Positions 23,047 through 34,200 of a stretch of DNA of 64,000 nt are shown here, piece after piece. Source of the stretch: Macrostomum lignano. Lineage: Eukaryota. The stretch lies in contig NIVC01002741.1 in NCBI GenBank assembly GCA_002269645.1, forward strand, positions 1 through 64,000. Direction: 5' to 3'. Positions within the stretch are counted from its first letter, which is position 1; every line of letters begins with the position of its first letter. A program made the translations under genes and the position numbers. A model generated the notes under the pieces. The model did not search any database. It was given only the letters and a program-made list of their open reading frames with translations, and had not been told where the DNA came from.

Positions 23047-26000
23047 ATTCTTTAAAGCACTGGCTTCTGAAATCGCCTTTGGTCTGAACTCGCCAGCTGG
23101 TCAGCAGAGTCAGGGAGTGATGTTGCTTGGCGGAGGCTGGAGGCTGCTGTTCTCAGGGTCGGTCAGCTCCTTGTCGTCGGCGTCCACCGCCACCACGTCG
23201 ACTCACAAGCTGGCGCAGCCCGCCCGGCTGCCAGAAGCGCCGGTCAGGCACCGCGGCACCGCCACAGTGGCGTGGCCTTCCGGCCTGCCCAGCTGCCCGA
23301 CTGTACACAGCCCCACAGCCGCTCAGCTGCCGCCGCTGCGGCCGGCCCGGACTCCGACTGAGGCGAACGCTGATGATGATGAGGCAGCTGGGGCCAGGCT
23401 GACTGCCGAGGCTGCTGGAGTGACTGCGCTGAAATCTGGTGAGTGTTCAGTGCGGTAGCAGTGTCATGGACTGCTAATCTCTAGCTAGTGTCATGGACTG
23501 CTAATTAAGCTAGTCAACATCAAGAATGAGAAGTATATAATGGATTGCTAATCTAGTCAACATCAAGAATGAGAAGTATAGAATGGATTTCAACATCAAG
23601 AATGAGAAGTATAGAATGGATTTCAACATCAAGAATGAGAAGTATAGAATGGATTTCAACATCAAGAATGAGAAGTATAGAATGGATTTCAACATCAAGA
23701 ATGAGAAGTATAGAATGGATTTCAACATCAAGAATGAGAAGTATAGAATGGATTTCAACATCAAGAATGAGAAGTATAGAATGGATTGCTAATCTAGCTA
23801 GTCAACATCAAGAATGAGAAGTATAGAATGGATTGCTAATCTAGCCTAAATCAAACACGGCTGAACTTTCTTCTGAAATACGAAAATATACGTAAATAAT
23901 TTCAAATTCACCTCTCGCGCGCCAGCAAAAAGCAGAACCCAGTCGGTCTGAAAGGCAGTTATCAGCGGTCCAGAGGTCAAGTGTCAGTGCCAGATGTACT
24001 TTTATTAGTCCAGCAGGCCAGCGAGAAAGCGATGGCGGTTATTTGAATAAACGGAGAATCGCTGATGCGAGAGACTTTCTGCCTTCTGGGTTCGCAGTCT
24101 GGGTTCCATACCGGATTGAATGCTTGCAACATCCCCACTCTTTCTATGAAAGTTATTTCGCTTCCCAATATTCTGCTGGCTCGCAAGGGACTTGCGGTGA
24201 CAACAAGAAAAGTTGGAATCTGCTCGGCACAAATTGCTTCATCTCTCTTCTAATCTTGATGGGGAATTGCGGAACGCAAGCGGCCGGCGTGCCGCCCCCA
24301 ATTCAATTTCGTGTCGACCATTTTGGCCGCCAGCGACTTTTATGCGGCTTCGCCCCGGGGGGACCCGCGTGGGAAGTTTTCCCCATCTGATTAAGTGAGA
24401 ACACTCGTGAGGACACTCACTTGAGCAGAGTGTCGTCTGGGTTCGGGGGAATTCGGATTTTTATAATAGCTCTTCGAGTGCTGCTTGCAACTTGCAAACA
24501 GGGTGTTGTTTAGGGGGTGCTGTTTTGAGGTGGGTGCTTTTTAGGGGTGGCTGTTTAGGGGTGGCTGTTTAGGGGTGGCTGTTTAGGGGTGCCTTTTTAG
24601 GGGTGGCTGTTTAGGGGTGGCTGTTTAGGGTGCTGTTTAGGGGTGGCTGTTTAGGGGTGGCTGTTTAGGGGTGGCTGTTTAGGGGTGGCTGTTTAGGGGT
24701 GGCTGTTTAGGGGTGGCTGTTTAGGGTGCTGTTTAGGGGTGGCTGTTTAGGGGTGGCTGTTTAGGGGTGGCTGTTTAGGGGTGGCTGTTTAGGGGTGGCT
24801 GTTTAGGGGTGGCTGTTTAGGGGTGGCTGTTTAGGGTGCTGTTTAGGGGTGGCTGTTTAGGGGTGGCTGTTTAGGGTGCTGTTTAGGGGTGGCTGTTTAG
24901 GGTGCTGTTTAGGGGTGGCTTTTTAGGGGTGGCTGTTTAGGGGTGGCTGTTTAGGGGTGCCTTTTTAGGGATGGCTGTTTAGGGTGCTGTTTAGGGTGCT
25001 GTTTAGGGGTGGCTGTTTAGGGTGCTGTTTAGGGGTGGCTTTTTAGGGGTGGCTGTTTAGGGGTGGCTGTTTAGGGGTGGCTGTTTTGGGGTGGCTATTT
25101 AGGGGTGGCTGTTTAGGGGTGGCTTTTTAGGGGTGGCTGTTTAGGGGTGGCTGTTTAGGGTGGTGTTTAGGGGTGGCTGTTTAGGGGTGGCTGTTTAGGG
25201 GTGGCTGCTTAGGGGTGGCTGTTTAGGGTGGCTGTTTAGGGGTGGCTGTTTAGGGGTGGCTGTTTAGGGGTGGCTGTTTAGGGGTGGCTGTTTAGGGGTG
25301 GCTGTTTAGGGGTGGCTGTTTAGGGGTGGCTGTTTAGGGTGGCTGTTTAGGGGTGGCTGTTTAGGGGTGGCTGTTTAGGGGTGGCTGTTTAGGGGTGGCT
25401 GTTTAGGGGTGGCTGTTTAGGGGTGCCTTTTTAGGGATGGCTGTTTAGGGTGCTGTTTAGGGGTGGCTGTTTAGGGTGCTGTTTAGGGGTGGCTGTTTAG
25501 GGTGCTGTTTAGGGGTGGCTTTTTAGGGGTGGCTGTTTAGGGGTGGCTGTTTAGGGGTGGCTGTTTAGGGGTGGCTTTTTAGGGTACTGTTTAGGGGTGG
25601 CTGTTTAGGGGTGGCTGTTTAGGGGTGGCTTTTTAGGGGTGGCTGTTTAGGGGTGGCTGTTTAGGGTGGCTGTTTAGGGTGGTGTTTAGGGGTGGCTGTT
25701 TAGGGTGGTGTTTAGGGGTGGCTGTTTAGGGGTGGCTGTTTAGGGGTGGCTATTTAGGGGTGGCTGTTTAGGGTGGCTGTTTAGGGGTGGCTGTTTAGGG
25801 GTGGCTGTTTAGGGGTGGCTGTTTAGGGTGCTGTTTAGGGGTGGCTGTTTAGGGGTGGCTGTTTAGGGGTGCTTTTTAGGGGTGGCTGTTTAGGGGTGGC
25901 TGTTTAGGGTGGTGTTTAGGGGTGGCTGTTTAGGGGTGGCTGTTTAGGGGTGGCTGTTTAGGGGTGGCTGTTTAGGGGTGGCTGTTTAGGGGTGGCTGTT

Positions 26001-27582
26001 TAGGGTGGCTGTTTAGGGGTGGCTGTTTAGGGGTGGCTGTTTAGGGGTGGCTGTTTAGGGTGCTGTTTAGGGGTGGCTGTTTAGGGGTGGCTGTTTAGGG
26101 GTGCCTTTTTAGGGGTGGCTGTTTAGGGGTGGCTGTTTAGGGGTGCCTTTTTAGGGATGGCTGTTTAGGGTGCTTTTTAGGGGTGGCTGTTTAGGGGTGG
26201 CTGTTTAGGGGTGGCTGTTCAGGGGTGGCTGTTTAGGGTGCTGTTTAGGGGTGCTGTTTAAGGTGCTATTTAGGGTGCTTTTTAGGGGTGCTGTATAGGG
26301 GTGGCTGTTCAGGGGTGGCTGTTTAGGGGTGCTGTTCAAGGTGCGGTGCTATTTAGGGGTGGCTGTTTAGGGTGCTGTTTAGGGATGGCTGTTCAGGGGT
26401 GCTGTTTAGGGGTGCTGTTTTGAGGGCGCGGTTGTTTGTGAAGCTCTTAGAAATGTACCATTAGGCCACTTTTCTATCTTTAAGCATCTTGCGATCCCAC
26501 AGCAGCTTGAATGCCAGTTTTTATCGCTATGAAAGATATCCTCACACTGCACTTTAATCACCAAGCCTCTCTCCTGCTTTCTCCCATGGCCAGAAGCCGA
26601 GCTCAAACTGTCAACCAAATGCAGCGGGACTCAGCTGACGGTTCACGGTGAGTTCTGCGGCTGGAAAAGAGGATAGCGGCACACATCAAAGAGAATCGGG
26701 GGTAGCGGCACATCAAAGAGAATCGCGGTAGCGGCACATCAAAGAGAATCGCGGTAGCGGCACATCAAAGAGAATCGGGGGTAGCGGCACATCAAAGAGA
26801 ATCGCGGTAGCGGCACATCAAAGAGAATCGCGGTAGCGGCACATCAAAGAGAATCGCGGTAGCGGCATATCAAAGAGAATCGGGGGTAGCGGCACATCAA
26901 AGAGAATCGCGGTAGCGGTACATCAAAGAGAATCGCGGTAGCGGCACATCAAAGAGAATCGCGGTAGCGGCATATTAAAGAGAATCGGGGGTAGCGGCAC
27001 ACCAAAGAGAATCGGGGGTAGCGGCACATCAAAGAGAATCGCGGTAGCGGCATATTAAAGAGAATCGGGGGTAGCGGCACACCAAAGAGAGTCGCGGGTA
27101 GCGGCACATCAAAGGGCTCTCTAGCAGTGCTGATAAATGAAGTTTTGACATCGTATTTTCAATTTCTGCTCAAATTAATTCCGAACCATCACACTCGCTG
27201 CTTCAGTGATCGAAGCCAGAAACCTGCGCTCCGAACGGGGTCGCAAGTGCAGCAGCTTCGTCAGGGTGAGTGCTGCTCATTGATCGCTGATTTCAGTTCC
27301 AGATTCTATTTATCCATCTTCTCACTGTCAGCGGTCCTTGGCCTGACCTGCCGCTCCGCCCCGAACCCTGCAGGTGAGCTTCTGCCCCGAGAGCCGGCGG
27401 GGCGGTGGCGAGAAGTGCCAGACCGCCATCGTGCCCGACACGGACTTCCCGCTGTTCGACCGGCGGTTCACCTTGAACTTGCCGCCACCTGCGGCTGGAG
27501 AGGCCGGTTTTGCCGGCAAGAACTTGCTGGTGTCCGTGTGGAACCAGCTGGACCGAGAGGGGTGAGTCAATGAGATATATAG

Positions 27583-27668
<86 letters not shown>

Positions 27669-27673
27669 CGTTC

Positions 27674-27728
<55 letters not shown>

Positions 27729-27733
27729 CGTTC

Positions 27734-27765
<32 letters not shown>

Positions 27766-27767
27766 TT

Positions 27768-27842
<75 letters not shown>

Positions 27843-27843
27843 T

Positions 27844-27918
<75 letters not shown>

Positions 27919-27919
27919 T

Positions 27920-27982
<63 letters not shown>

Positions 27983-27983
27983 T

Positions 27984-28059
<76 letters not shown>

Positions 28060-30547
28060 CTGACCATTCTCCCACTCAATCCCCACGCAGATTTTCAGAA
28101 TTTCTCGGCTGTCTCACGTTTCCCCTGGACGGATTGGTGTCGACCAGCAAGGTGCGCTGCTTGTTGATACTACTGACCACTAGTATGCAATAGTAGTATA
28201 GCTAGAAAGTCGAGCATGTTTAATAATTGGAGAGGGGAACCGTTCCAGCCAAACGCCTGGTACACCTTGATGAACGAGATGACTAGGACTGCTCAGCAGC
28301 CGCAGCCGCATCCGCAGCCGCCGCCGCCGCCGCCGCCGCCGCCTCAACGCCCATCGACGCACTCCGCTGGCAACGGCTTCGACCTGAAGTCGGTGTTGAT
28401 CCGCCGTCCGCCTCGCAGCGGCCTCGGCTTCACTGTGTCCGGCTCAGCGCCCTGCCACGTCAGCAAGGTGGAGCGCCGCAGCCCGGCGGACGCTGCCGGA
28501 GTCCGCGCCGGGGACTACATTGTCAGCGTCGACTCTGTCGGCGTGTTTCACGCCAGCAACGAGGTCGTGGTCCGCCTGCTGCGCGGCGGCGACGCAAAGG
28601 TGCGGTTGGAGCTCGGCCGGCCGCGGCCGGTGGCCCGCAGCCCCAGCCTGCCGCTGAGCCGCCCGCCGCTGCCGCCCGCCAGCTTGCTGCCATCGGCGGC
28701 CACGTCGACGGCGCTGTCCGCGGCTGCCACCGCCGTTGCAGTCGAGGGTGGCGGCGGTGGCGGCGGCGGCATCCGACGGGATGTGAAGTCGCTCTACGAT
28801 ATTGTGAGTTGGGCCGGCAGATATTTGAAACCAGCATCAGATATTACTTTTTTCGATTAATAGGCCAATTAAGTGAGGTGGGTACTGGAAGGAGGGAGTG
28901 AGGTGGGTGCTGGGAGGAGGGAGTGAGGTGGGTGCTGGGAGGAGGGAGTGAGGTGGGTGCTGGGGGGAGGGAGTGAGGTGGGTGCTGGGGGGAGGGAGTG
29001 AGGTGGGTGCTGGGGGGAGGGAGTTATGTGGGTGCTGGGGGAGGGAGTGAGGTGGGTGCTGGGAGGAGGGAGTGAGGTGGGTGCTGGGAGGAGGGAGTGA
29101 GGTGGGTGCTGGGAGGAGGGAGTGAGGTGGGTGCTGGGGGGAGGGAGTGAGGTGGGTGCTGGGAGGAGGGAGTGAGGTGGGTGCTGGGGGAGGGAGTGAG
29201 GTGGGTGCTGGAAGGAGGGAGTGAGGTGGGTGCTGGGAGGAGGGAGTGAGATGGGTGCTGGGAGGAGGGAGTGAGGTGGGTGCTGGAAGGAGGGAGTGAG
29301 GTGGGTGCTGGAAGGAGGGAGTGAGGTGGGTGCTGGGAGGAGGGAGTGAGATGGGTGCTGGGAGGAGGGAGTGAGGTGGGTGCTAGGATGAGGGAGTGGG
29401 GTGGGTGCTGGGAGGAGGGATTAAGATTTAGATTAAGAAAGCAATAGGTTCGCGTTGCAACTTTGGTAGCTTCTGAAGCAGTGTCTAGGACCTTCACTTA
29501 CAACTTCATTCCAGTCCAGTTCGGTGCCCTCTAACCCCGCATCAGCCGCTCCGAGTCCATTGCAACCGCAGCCACAGGTGGCGCCAACCCCAGGTCCGCA
29601 CCTGCACTTCTCCCACAACAACCGCATCTTCTGCCGCTCCCTCTCCTGCCTGTCGCATTCCGGCACGGTCTCGCTGGTAGAGTCCGGCCGCCTCACTCTC
29701 AGCCAGGCGTTCCTGTTCCCCGACCTGCTGCTGATGGCGCGGCCGCGGTTCAGCGCAGATCACGAGCCGCTGACGCTGGTTCGAGAGCCGATTTGCACCC
29801 GTAAGATCGTCTGCTGCTCTGTGCCGCAGGGAGCGCCATGTGAGTATCTGAGTTTGCTGCCTGAATTCATGAGAGAGGTGGGTGATAGACAATGGTCGGG
29901 AGTGAGGCAGTTGAGGGTAGAAATTCGGAGTGGGGTGGGTGCTGGATAATTGCGGGGATTGAGGTGAGTGAGGGGTAGAAATGCGGAGTGGAGTGGGTGC
30001 TGGATAATGGTCGGGAGTGAGGTGGGTGAGGGGTAGAAATGCGGAGTGGGGTGGGTGCTGGATAATGGTCGGGAGTGAGGTGGGTGAGGGGTAGAAATGT
30101 GGAGTGGGGTGGGTGCTGGATAATGGTCGGGAGTGAGGTGGGTGAGGGGTAGAAATGCGGAGTGGGGTGGGTGCTGGATAATGGTCGGGAGTGAGGTGGG
30201 TGAGGGGTAGAAATGCGGAGTGGGGTGGGTGCTGGATAATGGTCGGGAGTGAGGTGGGTGAGGGGTAGAAATGCGGAGTGGGGTGGGTGCTGGATAATGG
30301 TCGGGAGTAAGGTGGGTGAGGGGGGTAGAAACTCGGAGTGGGGTGGGTGCTGGATAATTGCGGGGAGTGAGGTGGGTCTTATCTTACTAATCGTATTCCC
30401 CTTTTCAAACCAGGCGAGGTCTGCCTGCAGTTTGTCGGACGCGGCGGTCGCAAGGAGATGCTGAGGCTGCGCTGCTCCCACGAGCTGGAGAGCCGGCAGT
30501 GGTGCCGCAGCATCCAGCAGAAGCTGCTCAAGGCCCTGGTCTTCTGA
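23047..30547 (+). CDS. C2-PDZ-PH protein similar to the N-terminal half of RGS3 (PDZ-RGS3/C2PA), ending without an RGS domain
   Basis: Exons 23047 (or ATG 23120)-23438, 26594-26647, 27207-27265, 27374-27561, 28091-28151, 28249-28803, 29515-29839, 30414-30547. All phases agree (1,1,0,2,0,0,1). C2: EAELKLSTKCSGTQLTVH/VIEARNL...SFVR/VSFCPES...LLVSVWNQ/FLGCLTF/PNAWYTLM. PDZ: SGLGFTVSGSAPCHVSKVERRSPADAAGVRAGDYI. PH-like: AFLFPDLLLMAR...RQWCRSIQQKL. A possible upstream exon ends at 22953. Confidence 0.85.
23510..23845. repeat. 33-bp minisatellite
   Basis: Unit caacatcaagaatgagaagtatagaatggattt. Confidence 0.93.
24505..26420. repeat. 14-bp TTAGGG-containing satellite, ~1.9 kb
   Basis: Unit ttaggggtggctgt with 12/13-bp variants (ttagggtgctgt); intronic. 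Confidence 0.95.
26672..27115. repeat. 26/27-bp minisatellite
   Basis: Unit gtagcggcacatcaaagagaatcgcg / ...atcgggg. Confidence 0.93.
27585..28060. repeat. (GTTA)n microsatellite
   Basis: Read directly. Confidence 0.97.
28870..29420. repeat. 25-bp G-rich minisatellite
   Basis: Unit gtgaggtgggtgctgggaggaggga. Confidence 0.93.
29870..30375. repeat. 58-bp G-rich minisatellite
   Basis: Unit gggagtgaggtgggtgaggggtagaaatgcggagtggggtgggtgctggataatggtc; period read at 30003, 30061, 30119. Confidence 0.92.
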
Positions 30548-30602
30548 GCCAGCCAAGTTGAATGAAGAGTTGCTTCGGTTGAAGAAAGATTTGTGATTTG
30601 TA

Positions 30603-30612
30603 AATAAATAAA
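30603..30612 (+). terminator. Candidate polyadenylation signal (overlapping AATAAA) of the C2-PDZ-PH gene
   Basis: aataaataaa about 55 nt after the stop codon at 30547. Confidence 0.55.
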
Positions 30613-31278
30613 CATTTGCAACAAGCAGTATCTACGAGAAACTCTTGCCTGAAGGTAAACAGAACATGATCACGCTTGAGCACTTTCATATTTTCAACCG
30701 CAGGAACACCAGGGTGGTAACAATGGCCCTTTCAGGCCATGGCTGTTCAGCCCATAAGGGCTACGGGTGAGCGACCATCCACCTCCTGGACTCTCCGCGC
30801 TGCGGACACCGCAGCACCACCGAATCATCATATAGTGGGATTGCTAATCTAGCCTGCAAATGATTACAAAATAGTCAAAACGAAAAAGAGCCAAGAGTGC
30901 AAGACAGAAATCGCCAAATCACGGCTTCAAGAAAGCGTCGCTCGTTTCCTCAACTTCACTTTACGAATAAATATTAGTCTTGCATTTTGCACCCGGCATT
31001 TCACGCGCAGGTCGCTCGCATTTTCCTGCCCCCACCTCTCCAAGATACCCTCAGCACATCTGGCACCCCAGCCGTTCATTGTTGTTGGGGGGGGGCTGCT
31101 CAAGCTGGCCAGAGCAGAGCAGATGCCCGGCAGCTGTCTTGACAATGAGAAAGCTGAGGGCGCAGAAAGACAGGCGGGCTGGGCTGAGGGGCAGACTGAA
31201 GGCACCCATATGTAACAAAACTCAGCTCACAGCCAGAGGCAGAAATAAGGGAGGTGCTTTTTCTCTGCGCGATAGAAT

Positions 31279-34200
31279 ATGCGACTGTGGCTCACTCTGG
31301 GCCTTCTGCTGGCCACCGTCCTGCCAGCAACTGCCAGCAGCGACTTCGGCGCCACCTGCTCAGCTGTGGACTCCTTGGCTCGGCTCGCTGAGTTCTTCGC
31401 CAGGAACTCGCTGAAGATCGACGCCGACGGCTACTTTGGAGCCGCTATCGCCTTCCTGACCTTCGACTCGGCGCCCACCAGCTCCAGCGCTACGGAGCGT
31501 CGAGTTGCAGATCTGTGCGGCGACGCTCAGGCCGCCGAGCTGCGTCGAGCTGTCGATCAGCTTCGACAAGTGCTGGTCGATTTTCGAGCTCGAGTAGGCG
31601 GGAAGAAGTCGAGAAGCGGTGGAGACTATGATGTTGAAACCTACTGGGGCATTTGCCGGCCTATGGAGGCTGTGATGCGGCGGCTGCTCAGTCAGAGGCG
31701 GTTTCGCTGGCGCTGGCTTGAAGACTCGGGACATCACGGAGCTGCGGTAGACGCTAAGCAGGCTCAGGCTTGGCTGAAGTCCTTGAAGAGTCGGTTGGTA
31801 GAGTACAATGAGCCCAGGGGCGACGCGTGCTTCAGGAGGATGTTGGCGAGTAGAAAGTGGAGGTGAGCGCTTGCTGATGAGGTGTCAGGCAAGTAGTGGA
31901 GGTTTCAGGCAAGTAGCGGATGTGTCAGGCAAGTAGTGGAGATGTCAGGCAAAGTATGGAGGTGTCAGACAAAGGATGGAGGTGTCAGACAAAGGATGGA
32001 AGTGTCAGACAAAGGATGGAGGTGTCAGACAAAGGATGGAGGTGTGAGACAAAGGATCAAGGTGTCAGACAAAGGATCAAGGTGTCAGACAAAGGATCAA
32101 GGTGTCAGACAAAGAATGGAGGTGTCAGACTGAACAGTACCAGAAAGTACGTTAAAACAACTACCGTAATTCGCTCCCCTCTACTCTGCTTCAGTCGTTC
32201 AGCCAGCTGCTCCGCCTCATCAGCCTGCAGGCGGATGTTTCTCAGCGCCGAGCCCAACAAGGGCTACGCCCTGACGCACCAGCTGATCTACTGGGCCGCC
32301 TCCATCGATGTGAGTTAACTCCAAATCCCAAGGTTCAGTAAAACATGGAGAAACATGGAGGGAGATAGTGGCATATAAATAATGCTTAGGTCTCGAGTGC
32401 ATCCATTTCCGCCTCGAACTGGCACTCACTGCAGCGCAACTGCCACCTGAAGCTGTCCGATGGTCGGCCAGTGGACCGGGCTCTGCTGTCCGGCGCCTGT
32501 GGCCGAGTCCTGTCTGAGCACCGCCACATCTTGGCGCTGAACTCGCCAAGTAGCACCCTAATTGACTTGACCTTGGAGCAGGGTGAGTCCCGCAATTGCA
32601 ACCAGCGTTGAAGCAATTCTGCCCATGGATGGCTGTACACACTCACACACTGGCTGTTTTTGACATCCATGCAATCGATCTTCTCGCTTCCAATCCAAGA
32701 GTTCAAGGGTCCATGCTCTCTTGAAACTCCAAGTGTCCTTGGATGAAAACTTCGCCAGATTAGTTGATTGGTCGGTCGCGTTACCCCTGCTCTGACCACC
32801 CCTTAACTACAGCTGTCATCTGCGGCTCACTGGGCTACCGGGACTTCTTCACGGACTCGACCTTGCTACTCCTGCGCCGGCTGCAGGACGAGAGGCTGGG
32901 CTGCATCCCTGAGGAAATCGCGGCGTCAGTGACTTGGAAAAATGCCACGGTGTTGCCGGGACGAAGGCTCATGCACAACACGGTGCTGAACGGTGAGATC
33001 TGGAGCTCTGCCAGCAGCCAGTCATTAGCTCCCAGTCAGTAGCTGGTCATTAATCTACAGTCAGTAGCTGGTCATTAACCTACAGTCAGTAGCCGGTCAT
33101 TAACCTACAGTCAGTAGCTGGTCATTAACCTACAGTCAGTAGATGGTCATTAACCTACAGTCAGTAGCCGGTCATTAATCTGCAGTCAGTAGCTGGTCAT
33201 TAACCTACAGTCAGTAGCCGGTCATTAACCTACAGTCAGTAGATGGTCATTAACCTACAGTCAGTAGCCGGTCATTAACCTACAGTCAGTAGATGGTCAT
33301 TAACCTACAGTCAGTAGCCGGTCATTAACCTACAGTCAGTAGCTGGTCATTAACCTACAGTCAGTAGATGGTCATTAACCTACAGTCAGTAGCCGGTCAT
33401 TAACCTACAGTCAGTAGATGGTCATTAACCTACAGTCAGTAGCCGGTCATTAACCTACAGTCAGTAGATGGTCATTAACCTACAGTCAGTAGCCGGTCAT
33501 TAACCTACAGTCAGTAGCTGGTCATTAACCTACAGTCAGTAGATGGTCATTAACCTACAGTCAGTAGCCGGTCATTAACCTACAGTCAGTAGCTGGTCAT
33601 TAACCTACAGTCAGTAGATGGTCATTAACCTACAGTCAGTAGCCGGTCATTAATCTGCAGTCAGTAGCTGGTCATTAACCTACAGTCAGTAGCCGGTCAT
33701 TAACCTACAGTCAGTAGATGGTCATTAACCTACAGTCAGTAGCCGGTCATTAACCTACAGTCAGTAGATGGTCATTAACCTACAGTCAGTAGCCGGTCAT
33801 TAACCTACAGTCAGTAGCTGGTCATTAACCTACAGTCAGTAGATGGTCATTAACCTACAGTCAGTAGCCGGTCATTAACCTACAGTCAGTAGCTGGTCAT
33901 TAACCTACAGTCAGTAGATGGTCATTAACCTACAGTCAGAAGCCGGTCATTAACCTACAGTCAGTAGCTGGTCATTAACCTACAGTCAGTAGATGGTCAT
34001 TAACCTACAGTCAGTAGCCGGTCATTAATCTGCAGTCAGTAGCTGGTCATTAACCTACAGTCAGTAGCCGGTCATTAACCTACAGTCAGTAGCTGTTCAT
34101 TAACCTACAGTCAGTAGCCGGTCATTAACCTACAGTCAGTAGATGGTCATTAACCTACAGTCAGTAGCCGGTCATTAACCTACAGTCAGTAGCTGGTCAT

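Noticed and set aside
24505-26420. A true telomere
   Set aside because: TTAGGG units are spaced by other bases, and the array is internal to an intron with matched exons on both sides.
27332-27373. A longer, frameshifted C2 exon starting at 27332
   Set aside because: The acceptor at 27373 joins exon 27207-27265 in phase 0 with no frameshift and matches the C2 motif (SFVR|VSFCPE).
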